A stretch of 64,000 nucleotides of DNA from Chlamydiota bacterium (lineage in GTDB: Bacteria; Chlamydiota; Chlamydiia; Chlamydiales; RGXB01). Made by a program: the position numbers and the translations under genes. Every line of letters starts with the position of its first letter. The first letter of the stretch is position 1. A model generated the notes under the pieces. It was not told the origin of the DNA. It saw only the letters and a program-made list of their open reading frames with translations, and searched no databases. This document shows, piece after piece, positions 49,929 through 59,500 of the stretch. Where the stretch lies: assembly GCA_947494155.1 (NCBI GenBank), contig CANLTW010000001.1, positions 1 to 64,000 of the forward strand, given 5' to 3'.

Positions 49929-50513
49929 TTACCACTCGTTTCCGGCTTCAGGGCTATTTTGCCCACCCGGAGCGTAATAGGTTCTATCAGAGGGATCATC
50001 CTTTTCGCGATTTTTTTTATCCTGGTCCTCGTCCTCGGAAGATCCCCTTCCGGAGTACCCATCTGTAGCCTTGCTCGAAATTTTACCCGAAGTGGTGGAA
50101 TTAGTTCCAGAGGAAGAGTTTTGGGGCTGCTCTGAATCATACCCTTCCTGAGTAGAATGGGATCCTGATCCCTCGACATTACTTGGTTGTCGATTATTGA
50201 CCTGAGCGTAATTCATCACCGCCTGGTTTGGATCCACACCATTTTGAATATCTTGCCTTACAGCCTGTTTTTGCTGGGGAGTTAGTGTCGTCCAGTATTC
50301 GGTCGCCTCGTCATTTAACCCATCAGGAGGCGTAGGGTCGACGCTCATTTCGTTGTAATCATCCTGCATTTGATTGCTGTTTTGCGACTGCTGGGCTATG
50401 AAAAAGAGTTTCTTGGAGTTCCCTGTATACGTAAGGCTGCCTTTGAGGGCCGCTACCCCGAGAAGAGTGAGTAAAACTAAAGATAGGGTGTAACGCATAG
50501 CAATCCTTTTCAT
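49929..50513 (-). CDS. Hypothetical exported low-complexity protein
   Basis: N-terminal hydrophobic segment; Q/N/S/D-rich remainder; AAGGA RBS before the second Met. Confidence 0.65.
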   Translation of the reverse strand: MKRIAMRYTLSLVLLTLLGVAALKGSLTYTGNSKKLFFIAQQSQNSNQMQDDYNEMSVDPTPPDGLNDEATEYWTTLTPQQKQAVRQDIQNGVDPNQAVMNYAQVNNRQPSNVEGSGSHSTQEGYDSEQPQNSSSGTNSTTSGKISSKATDGYSGRGSSEDEDQDKKNREKDDPSDRTYYAPGGQNSPEAGNEW

Positions 50514-50590
50514 TCCAACCGCTTAACTTATTCCTATCGTAAATTTGGTTTAAAATTGTAAAGAAAAAACGCCATGTGTATGAAACAATT

Positions 50591-51019
50591 ATGACATCTT
50601 TTAAAAAACCAACCTCCTGCAAAGGGTGTAATGAACCAGCAAGCATCAGCTTCAAACAGATCGAAAAGGGGAAAACGACCTGCTACGGTCTATGCAGTAA
50701 GTGCCCCTTAAGACAAACGCTTCTTGATCAAAAAACAGAGACCCTCTCTTGTATGAGTTGCTCAAAATCTTTAGAGGATCTACAAACCTCGGGTACCGTA
50801 GGCTGCGTTGACTGTTACACCACCTTTAAAGAGACTTGCCACACCCTCTTCCAAGCGCTTAATTTAAGCGAGTTTTCCCCACTGGAACGAAACGCAAAAA
50901 TAGACGTTCAAGAGCTGCAATCCTCCTTGCAAGAGGCGATTGCTAAGGAGCTTTTTGAAGAGGCGGCGATGCTTCGGGATCGCTTGAAACAAATCACCTC
51001 AACAACAGGTGGTGCATGA
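50591..51019 (+). CDS. mcsA: McsA-like protein (CxxC motifs + UVR domain)
   Basis: Four CxxC motifs, C-terminal ELFEEAAMLRDRL; start 50576 or 50591. Confidence 0.85.
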   Translation: MTSFKKPTSCKGCNEPASISFKQIEKGKTTCYGLCSKCPLRQTLLDQKTETLSCMSCSKSLEDLQTSGTVGCVDCYTTFKETCHTLFQALNLSEFSPLERNAKIDVQELQSSLQEAIAKELFEEAAMLRDRLKQITSTTGGA

Positions 51020-51609
51020 TCCTCCATTTTACAAGAAATATAGATAAAATCCCGTTTGGATCCTCTGAAGCGACCACCCTATTGAAAAAAACCCTACCCC
51101 AGATTTTTCCCCAGGGTAAATGGTTGGAAAACCTTAAAGAGGCTGAAGAGAAGAGATTAGTAAAAGCCTATTTTTTTAATGAACAGGTTAAAAACCTATT
51201 CTTCGACCCAAAAAGTAAAATTCTATTTTGCTTAGGATCCTTTGACCATCTGCATATCCTCTACGACGGTGACTACAAAGAGATTAAAGAGCTCCTTGTA
51301 CATATGCATTCCCTATTCAATTTTTCCTATGACACTAATTTTGGATTTTTAACGACTAAACTTTCCACAACGGGGACAGGATTAAAAGGGAAGTTTTTCC
51401 ATGAACTCCACTACCCCGAAATCCCCGCCTCAATAGAGGCCCTCCCCTATGAAGGGGGGTTTTTGTACCAAAATCGCCTCGCGATCGGATGTTTGGAGAC
51501 AACTTCTATCGAATCTCTCAAAACTTTGCAGGCTGCAATTCAAAATCATGTTTTTGAGATTAAATCGCTAGGGAGTCATATCGCCCAACAAATCTACGAA
51601 CGCCAGTAG
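51016..51609 (+). CDS. mcsB: Shortened, degenerate McsB protein-arginine-kinase-like protein
   Basis: RNIDKIPF, FDHLHI, FGFLTTKLSTTGTGL, YQNRLAIG; coupled to mcsA. Confidence 0.7.
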   Translation: MILHFTRNIDKIPFGSSEATTLLKKTLPQIFPQGKWLENLKEAEEKRLVKAYFFNEQVKNLFFDPKSKILFCLGSFDHLHILYDGDYKEIKELLVHMHSLFNFSYDTNFGFLTTKLSTTGTGLKGKFFHELHYPEIPASIEALPYEGGFLYQNRLAIGCLETTSIESLKTLQAAIQNHVFEIKSLGSHIAQQIYERQ

Positions 51610-51649
51610 TCCTTTTGCTCTTTAACCCTAAATAGAGCATGCTTGGGCG

Positions 51650-52975
51650 ATGGCATGTGCAGCAATTTTATTGATAGGGGGGAAAAGCGAACGGTTTTTA
51701 GACCCGAAAACCCCTAAACAGTTCCATTTCCTAAGTGGAAAGCGGGTTTACGAATACTCTCTTGAAACTTTTTTGCAATCGGGGCACTTTTCCCAAATCC
51801 TTTTGGCTTGCCACAAAGATTGGATAGCGACTTTAGAAAAAGAACTTGAGGGTAAAAGTTCTATTATACGGTTAATTGAAGGGGGATCAACTCGACAGGA
51901 ATCGGTAAAAAAAAGTCTTTTGTTTCTCGACAAAACGATTCAAAACGTTCTAGTTCATGATGGTGCTCGCCCTTTTGTCTCTTTCAAAATAATCGAAGAT
52001 CTTTTAGGGGCATTAAAAACTTTTGAGGCAAGCGGCACCTACATCCCCTCTCAGGACACTATCGGCGTAACAGACACCCAAACGATTCTCCACATCCCTG
52101 ATCGGGCTACCATGCAGAGAGGTCAAACACCACAAAGTTTTCGTAAAGCGCTCCTAGTTCAAGCCCACAGACACGCAGAAAACAACGGTATCTTCCAGGC
52201 AACTTGCGATATTCAGCTCGCTTTACGTTTGGGCGCTAAAGTGAAACGGGTTGATGGGGATGAAACAAACATCAAAATAACCACCCCGATCGACCTCTAT
52301 CTCGCTGAACATATCCTCAGAAAAAAAACAGCTCCTCATATTGCAGACTTCGATTTTAGGGGAAAAAAAATCGCCCTTATCGGTGCCTCCGGAGGAATAG
52401 GACGACAAATCCACAAAGAGCTTCTGAAAGAGGGGGCCGAAGTGATCCCCCTTTCAAGAAATTCCACCCCATTTTCGCTCAATCTACTAAAAACTTCTTC
52501 CATCAAAAAAACCTCTAAAGACCTTTTTGATCACTATGGAGCACTAGATGGTTGTATCTTTTCAGCTGGCTGCCTCCACAAAGGGGCCATCGAGAAACTA
52601 GAGGAAAAGCAGGTAAACGAAATGGCTAGGGTCAATTTTTTGAGTCTAGTGCCCCTTTTACAACATTTGCGGCTCAAAAAGGAGGCCCTCTTTATTTTAA
52701 TCGGTTCCTCCTCCTACTTCAGAGGGCGAAAGGAGATCGGAGTCTACTCCGCCACAAAAGCAGCCAGCATCAATTTGTTACAAAGTCTATCAGAAGAGTG
52801 CCCTGAACTTAAAATTCAGATTATTTGCCCAAAAAGAACCGATACCCCAATGAGAAAGAGAAACTTCCCCTTTGAAGATCCCTCAACCTTGGCTGATCCA
52901 TGGGATGTAGCAAAATCTATTTTAGAAAAGATCAAAAAAAATAGTTGCAAAGGGGAAATTCTAAACCTGCTCTAA
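51650..52975 (+). CDS. Bifunctional IspD/TarI-type cytidylyltransferase + SDR oxidoreductase
   Basis: GGKSERF...PKQF, GGSTRQES, VHDGARPF, QTPQSF, NIKITTP; then GASGGIG, SSS, YSATK. Confidence 0.88.
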   Translation: MACAAILLIGGKSERFLDPKTPKQFHFLSGKRVYEYSLETFLQSGHFSQILLACHKDWIATLEKELEGKSSIIRLIEGGSTRQESVKKSLLFLDKTIQNVLVHDGARPFVSFKIIEDLLGALKTFEASGTYIPSQDTIGVTDTQTILHIPDRATMQRGQTPQSFRKALLVQAHRHAENNGIFQATCDIQLALRLGAKVKRVDGDETNIKITTPIDLYLAEHILRKKTAPHIADFDFRGKKIALIGASGGIGRQIHKELLKEGAEVIPLSRNSTPFSLNLLKTSSIKKTSKDLFDHYGALDGCIFSAGCLHKGAIEKLEEKQVNEMARVNFLSLVPLLQHLRLKKEALFILIGSSSYFRGRKEIGVYSATKAASINLLQSLSEECPELKIQIICPKRTDTPMRKRNFPFEDPSTLADPWDVAKSILEKIKKNSCKGEILNLL

Positions 52976-52978
52976 AAA

Positions 52979-53007
52979 TAAAAAAACTCCTTGAGATAAG
53001 GAGTTTT
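52979..53007. terminator. Probable bidirectional terminator between the IspD-SDR gene and tRNA-Lys
   Basis: AAAAAACTCCTT-GAGAT-AAGGAGTTTT. Confidence 0.7.
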
Positions 53008-53030
53008 AGTATTGCACTTTTTTAAAAGTG

Positions 53031-53103
53031 TGAGACATGTTGGACTCGAACCAACGACCCTCTCATTAAAAGTGAGATGCTCTACCAACTGAGCTAATGT
53101 CTC
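53031..53103 (-). tRNA. tRNA-Lys(TTT)
   Basis: GAGACAT acceptor, TCTCA-CT-TTT-AA-TGAGA, GGTTCGAGTCC. Confidence 0.96.
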
Positions 53104-53110
53104 GGTGTAT

Positions 53111-53183
53111 TGACCCTTCGGGGATTCGAACCCCGGTTGCAAGGATGAAAACCTTGTGTCCTAGGCCTCTAGACGAAAGGGCC
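53111..53183 (-). tRNA. tRNA-Glu(TTC)
   Basis: GGCCCTT acceptor, CAAGG-TT-TTC-AT-CCTTG, GGTTCGAATCC; promoter TTGCGA-18-TATATT at 53230-53201. Confidence 0.96.
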
Positions 53184-53236
53184 GCGCTAGTGATGGCACT
53201 AATATAGCAACACCAGCTATTTTTTCGCAAATATTT

Positions 53237-53773
53237 TCAAACTTCCTGCAGTTCTTTCTCTTTCTCAGCTAGGGCAGCGTCAATTTCTTTAATGGCCTGG
53301 TCGGTCATCTCCTGAGCTTTTTTCTCCCCTTTCTTTTGCATATCCTCTGTGATTTCACTTGTGGATTTTTGCTTTTTCAATAGGTCGTTCATCTCTTTGC
53401 GGTGCTGACGAATAGTGACTTTCGCCTCTTCCGCTTTTTTTGAAGCGAGTTTTAGCGTCTCTTGTCGTGTCTCTTTTGAGGGGGGAGAAAAATTCACTCT
53501 CACCTGCCCTTTTTCCATAATGACCTGCGCGTAGCTTGAGGAGTCCTCAATAGCCTTGGCAACCGCTTGGGTCATCGACGGATCGTAAAGAACAATCAAA
53601 ATTTGACGATCATGGCATGAAATTTGCCCACAGGATTTCAAAGGCTTCATAGCCCCCATCATATCCACTTTTACATGGTCTAATGCCTGGGCAGTAACAC
53701 GGCCCGAACGCAATTTTTTCAATTCCGTTTTGAAATGCTCGATTGTTTCGCTATTTTTCTTTTTTAGATCCAT
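53237..53773 (-). CDS. frr: Ribosome recycling factor
   Basis: LRSGRV, EEAKVTIRQHR, ITEDM, KEKELQEV. Confidence 0.93.
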   Translation of the reverse strand: MDLKKKNSETIEHFKTELKKLRSGRVTAQALDHVKVDMMGAMKPLKSCGQISCHDRQILIVLYDPSMTQAVAKAIEDSSSYAQVIMEKGQVRVNFSPPSKETRQETLKLASKKAEEAKVTIRQHRKEMNDLLKKQKSTSEITEDMQKKGEKKAQEMTDQAIKEIDAALAEKEKELQEV

Positions 53774-54434
53774 AAATATGTGTACCTAAATTTTCCTTTT
53801 TCAGAATTTGATCTAAGACATCGAAAGAAAAAACCCGGATAGGGATCGGATGCTCTCTCAATAGGGCAAAAGCGGTCTGATCCATCACCTTCAAGTCTTT
53901 TTCTATCGCCTCTTGGTAGGTCAATTGTGAAAGGCGTTGTGCATTCTGATCTTTTTTAGGATCTTTATCATACACACCATCCACATTGGAGGCTTTTAAA
54001 ATTTGGTCAGCTTTAAGATCAATTGCGTAGAAAGCTGCTGCAGAATCAGTGGAAAAATAGGGTAAACCGGTGCCATACGATAAGAAGGCAACACCGCCTC
54101 CTCTCATCCACGAATCCACCTCCGCTCTTTGATACACAAGATCCTGGGCTATAGGTTTCGCTGTGAAAACTCTACCCATTCCTTTTAAATAACTGCTGAC
54201 AATTTTGGCATTCATCACCGTTGCCAACATCCCCACCTCATCAGCGACACCCCTTAAAATCGAAGAGCCGGCCTCTCTTCCTCTGTACAGATTTCCTGCA
54301 CCGAGAACGACAGCCAGCTCTGCATGCTTTGAAAGCTCGATTAGAGTATCTGCTAAAGAGGCGGCCTTCCCCTCTGAGATCATCGGAGAAAGGATTTCCC
54401 CGGAGATCTTTAGGACAAAGCGCCTTTTTTGCAT
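53751..54434 (-). CDS. pyrH: UMP kinase
   Basis: VLKISGE, GAGNLYRG, GMLATVMNA, YFSTDSAA, VDGVYDKDP, KVMDQTA. Confidence 0.95.
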   Translation of the reverse strand: MQKRRFVLKISGEILSPMISEGKAASLADTLIELSKHAELAVVLGAGNLYRGREAGSSILRGVADEVGMLATVMNAKIVSSYLKGMGRVFTAKPIAQDLVYQRAEVDSWMRGGGVAFLSYGTGLPYFSTDSAAAFYAIDLKADQILKASNVDGVYDKDPKKDQNAQRLSQLTYQEAIEKDLKVMDQTAFALLREHPIPIRVFSFDVLDQILKKENLGTHIYGSKKEK

Positions 54435-54438
54435 GCGA

Positions 54439-55263
54439 TTACACCCCAACTTGTAGTCGAACGTAGGAGGAGATGATGGTTAAATCACCAGCTCCAAGCT
54501 CCTTCCCTTTTTTACGCACATACTCTTCAATTGTCAAGGATTCATCTTTGATGAATTTTTGCTTGTTCAAACAAACTTCAGCAAAGTAGGTGTTTTTCTT
54601 CCCTTCAATGATTTTTTGTACGACGTTTTCAGGTTTGCCATGAATTTGCGCACGAGCAATCTCTTCCTCTTTTGAGAGGATTTCGCTTGGAACATCCGCT
54701 GGAGAGAGATAATGAGGATGGGCAGCTGCACAGTGCATCGCAATCTCTTTTGCGACGTCAACCATGTGGTGCCCTTTGATATCGACTACACAAACGATCT
54801 TTCCATCGCCGTGCACGTAGATCCCGTAAGAATGCCCCTCTTTTTTCTCGATAAGCGTGTAACGGTTGATGACGATATTTTCCCCGATTTTTCCAACTAA
54901 AGCTGCTCGCCTCTCTTCCGTGTGTTCGCGGAGAGCCTCAAGAGTTTTAGGATGGTTGTGCAAAGCATGCTCTGTAACCGACTGGGCAAAATCCCTGTAA
55001 TCGTCATTACGCACGACGAAATCGGTCTCACAATTCACCTCTACTACAGCTATACGGTGTGAGTCATCACAAACACGAATCACTCCCTCTTTAGCTTCTC
55101 GAGAGGCTTTTTTAGCCGCTTGAGCTAATCCCCTCTTACGAAGATGTTCCAGCGCAAGATCAAAATCTCCGCCAGCCTCATCAAGAGCCTTTTTGCAATC
55201 TTGCATTCCGACTCCACTCACCTCACGTAAGCGAACAACATCTTTTGCAGAAACTACGCTCAT
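54439..55263 (-). CDS. tsf: Elongation factor Ts
   Basis: LREVSGVGMQDCKKAL, EVNCETDFV. Confidence 0.97.
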   Translation of the reverse strand: MSVVSAKDVVRLREVSGVGMQDCKKALDEAGGDFDLALEHLRKRGLAQAAKKASREAKEGVIRVCDDSHRIAVVEVNCETDFVVRNDDYRDFAQSVTEHALHNHPKTLEALREHTEERRAALVGKIGENIVINRYTLIEKKEGHSYGIYVHGDGKIVCVVDIKGHHMVDVAKEIAMHCAAAHPHYLSPADVPSEILSKEEEIARAQIHGKPENVVQKIIEGKKNTYFAEVCLNKQKFIKDESLTIEEYVRKKGKELGAGDLTIISSYVRLQVGV

Positions 55264-56072
55264 TTTGCTACCTCAGCTACTGCCTCTTTACGAGGACGAC
55301 GTGGTCTATCAGATTTTTTAGGCTCTCGCTCTTTCTCTTCTTTCTCTGCTCTTTCAGAAGATGCCTCTTCACGCTGTTGCACAGAGAACTCGTCTTTAGC
55401 GGCTTTGATCGCATTCGAGAGTGCACCAAGGATCACTTTTACGCTTTTTTGCGCGTCGTCATTGGCCGGGATCACGTAGTCGATCAACGAAGGATCGCAG
55501 TTTGTATCTACAATCGCCATCACCGGAATGTTCAATTTTTTCGCTTCTAAAACGGCGATATCCTCTTTGCTTGGATCTACTACGATCATAAGCCCCGGAG
55601 CGCGGCGCATGCCACGAATACCTGAGAGGTTACGGCTCAGTTTAATCTGGTCTTTTCCGAGAAGAAGACGCTCTTTTTTCGTGTATTCGTTGTTCTCAGA
55701 AGAGAGTTTTTTTTCCAAATTCTCGAGCTTTTTCACCGATTTGCGGATAGTGGCAAGGTTTGTCAACATACCACCCAACCAACGCTCGGCAACATAAAAC
55801 TCGTGGCAAGATTCCGCAGTCTCTTTAACTACGTCTTTTGCCTGTTTTTTGGTCCCAACGAAAAGGACGCTTTTGTGTTTGGAAACGATCGAAACGGCCG
55901 CTTCAATCGCCTTTTTGAGTTGGTGTACAGTTTTAGAAAGGTCGATAATGTGGATGCCGTTCTCTTCAGAGAAGATAAAACGTTTCATTTTTGGATTCCA
56001 ACGACGCGTTTGGTGACCGAAGTGTGCACCCGCCTCGATGAGCTCCTGGACAGTTGGCTCTTTGTGGCTCAA
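55260..56072 (-). CDS. rpsB: 30S ribosomal protein S2
   Basis: AGAHFGHQTRRWNPKM, RWLGGMLTN, PANDDA; TTG start after AAGGAG. Confidence 0.98.
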   Translation of the reverse strand: MSHKEPTVQELIEAGAHFGHQTRRWNPKMKRFIFSEENGIHIIDLSKTVHQLKKAIEAAVSIVSKHKSVLFVGTKKQAKDVVKETAESCHEFYVAERWLGGMLTNLATIRKSVKKLENLEKKLSSENNEYTKKERLLLGKDQIKLSRNLSGIRGMRRAPGLMIVVDPSKEDIAVLEAKKLNIPVMAIVDTNCDPSLIDYVIPANDDAQKSVKVILGALSNAIKAAKDEFSVQQREEASSERAEKEEKEREPKKSDRPRRPRKEAVAEVAK

Positions 56073-56255
56073 AATAACTCCTTAGCATTCCCCTCTCCAG
56101 GTGCCTTCCTGGGCGATCAGGTTCGTTTATGCCAAAGTCACATCAAAAATTGTTTTTACTTTAGGAGAATTCTATCGCTTGTAAAAACGATGGACCGGCC
56201 GGCTGGGTCGAGGATAGCAGATTTTTTTGTTTTATCAAAGGGAAAAAGAAGTAAA

Positions 56256-56326
56256 AGCGCCCAGTCGGAATCGAACCGACACTAACAGCTTGGAAGGCTG
56301 TAGTTCTACCTTTAAACTATGAGCGC
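56256..56326 (-). tRNA. tRNA-Gly(TCC)
   Basis: GCGCTCA acceptor, ACAGC-CT-TCC-AA-GCTGT, GGTTCGATTCC. Confidence 0.95.
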
Positions 56327-56527
56327 CCAAAGTATTCCTAAAGTATTCCAGATCAGACCATTTTTTGAAAAGTGAAAAAGCACGGGGAGTGTTTCAAAAA
56401 ATAAATAAGTATTTTGAGCTGTTATCTGCTCAAGCTTCCATTCAAGCTTCAATTATGGGGCTGCTCCTGCCACAACTTTTTAGCGAAACTCTTTCCAAAA
56501 AAACTTTTTTTTAAGAGACTATCTAGA

Positions 56528-59500
56528 ATGCGTGGCCCTTCCACAAATCAACCCCTGATTGCCCTCTTTCTTTTCGGTTCTATCTTTCTCCTCTCTTTTG
56601 GCCGAATCGGCTATCTTACCCTTTTTCTTCATGACAACTATTTGGAACAGTCCAAAAGCCCAAGAGAATTATCCATTCACGTAGAACCCGATCGGGGCAC
56701 TATTCGGGATCGCTATAACCGCCCCCTTGTAATCAATCGCATCGCCTACGATGTCGGAGTCACCTTTGATAAAATCGCCCTCATCCCCCGGATGAAAATA
56801 AAAAATGGGCAAAAAACGTTTCCAAGAAAAGAATATGTTGAGCAACTTTCGTCTTTTTTAGCACGAACGCTAGAGATAGATCGGCAAGGGGTTGAGGATC
56901 TGATTTTTTCCAAATCGGCCCTTTTTCCCAATACATTTTTCCCCCTAAAGCAAGATGTGAAAGAAGAGACTTTTTATCTGCTGAAAATGGAGGAGAGGAA
57001 CTGGCCCGGGCTGGATGTTAAACACCGTTCCAAGCGACAGTACCCCCAAGGTGCCGTGGGGCTGCATATCCTGGGTTCTATAGGTCCCATCCAAAGTGCG
57101 CAAATGGCAGCCATTCAACACGAAATGCATAGTCTTAAATCTTTCTTCCAGATGAGGGGGGAAAAAATCGCCGTTCCATTGCCTTATGGGTTTATCTCTT
57201 TGCAAAAAGCACAAGAGCGCTACTTGGAGTTGCAAAAATTGCACTACCGGCTGAACTCCTACATGGGGCGAGGCGGGGTGGAGGAGATTTACGACAACCA
57301 TTTGCGGGGCTATCCGGGAAAGGAGCGCTTTGAAGTCGACGTTAAAGGTCGCTTCATACGAAAGCTCCCCGAGTCGGTAGATGCTCTGCCGGGGAAACGG
57401 CTTTTGCTTACCATCGATTTAGAGTTGCAAAAACATGCCGAGGAGCTTTTGATTCGGAACGAAAAAGAGCGTGACGAAGAATTCAAATACTTGAGCATCG
57501 ATCATAGTAAAATAGCCTCTCCGTTTATCAAGGGGGGTGCAATTGTTGCTATCGATCCGAAATCTTCGGAAGTTTTAGCTCTCGCTTCCTACCCAAGAAT
57601 GCACCCCGAAATGGATCCAAAGATGTGGCTCGAATCGAGCGATCACATCCTCGAGATTTTTGATGGGGAAAAACCTTTGTTGAAAGAGAGGCAAGACCCA
57701 AAGACCAAAGAGTGCTTTTTCTCCTCCACATATTTGACGTATGAGATGTTTTTAGATCAGGTTCTTTCCACCGACTGTCAAGTAAGAAAATCTCTTACCA
57801 AGCTCCACACTGTGGGAAAAACGCTCTTTTTGCAACAGGCTATTAGCTCTTTGTTACACCACTTTCAGCAGCAATCGATCCAAGTGCTTCTCGACGGTCT
57901 TTACGGAAATGAACCGAAAGAGATCCAGTTTGTCGTCCCCCCCGATCTTCTCCAAGAAAAGGAGTTTCTCGACCCCCTGTTTTCTAAAATTCGTCATCCA
58001 AAAGACCGTTTGCTGCTCTATAATCTATGCCATCTATTTGCCCCTTTGGAAAACTTTAGTGACGCTTTGAAGATCGCTTTAAGCGATGAACCCATCGACC
58101 ATTTTGTCGCATTATGTCAACAAATCCGCAGGCTGGAAAAAGAGGTCATTCGACAAAGTCGTACCCTTTTCAAAACCACCTACATGCCTATTTTTAGAAA
58201 AAACTATTTCTCCTCTTATTTAGCGCAGGTGAGAAAAAAGGGGGGGAAACTCCCCTATTTGGATTATCTCAAACCTAAAGAGGAGGAATTTTTTCAAACC
58301 TTTTATGAAAAAAATCGCTCTATTTTGATCTCTTCTGCGCTCTTAGGAGCCAATATAGCCCCTCTTTATGACCCCAAGTTTTATCTGTGCAAGGAATTGG
58401 CAAAAATCCCTTCGGTTCCACAGATTCAACGCCGACTCCAGGATTTTCCAGCCCACCTTATTCAAAGTCTGATTCACGTCGTGCGTACAAGCAAAATGCT
58501 GGACGGATACGAAAAACAGCTGGCTCAGGCATTTTATCCCAAACACGGTTTTGGATTTTGCCGCTCTTTTGCCTACCAGGAGTCAGCCCCTTTGGGCTCA
58601 ATTTTTAAAATTGTTTCGGGCTATGCCGGGCTCAAAAGGCATTTGGAAAAAGAGTTAGACTTCACTAAACCCTTTGATCCAAATCCTCTCACTATTCGAG
58701 ACGAAGGGCCAAAAGGGGACCCAGCAGATCCAAAAAATATTTTGGGATATCTTCCAGACGGCACTCCCATCACCCGAAATTTTCGCGGAGGTAGACTCCC
58801 CAGAAGCGACCACTCTATCGGTAAATGTGATTTGGAACGTGCAATCGAACAATCCTCAAACATCTATTTCTCCCTGCTGGCTGAGGGGGCTCACGAAGAA
58901 CTTTTACAAACCTCAAAAGCGATGGGTCTGGGGAGCCGTACAGGAATAGATTTACCCATGGAAATTGGGGGAACTTTACCGTTCGACTTAAGCTACAATA
59001 AAACCGGCCTATATGCTTTTGCCATAGGCCAACACCTATTAACCGTCACCCCTTTGCAAGTCGCCAATCTTCTGGGAGCACTTGTAACTGAAGGGCAGGT
59101 AAAAAAACCCCATGTTGCCAAAGCTCTTTTAGGGGCCTACACCCCAAAACAAACCAATAGCCAACGTTTCAAGCAATACTTTGCCCCCTTTCATATTGAA
59201 CCCGGTATTTTTTCAGAGACTTTGAACCAATCGCTTCAACCGTTTGTCCTCCCGTTCGACCCGGTGACGTTGCAAGCGTTTGCTTTTCCGCGTGAGCTTT
59301 CCAGACCGCTTTTGAAGGGTCTACACAAAGTGCTCAACGGAGAGAGAGGGGGCGCAAGGCCTGAGGCCATTCGCACCTATTTTAAACATCCTGAGCTTAA
59401 AAAAGATTATCTGAAGCTTCGTGCCAACATGATTGGAAAAACAGCTACAGCCCAGATTAGTTACCGCCCTTTTCTAGATAAAGAGGGGGAATCGGCTCTT

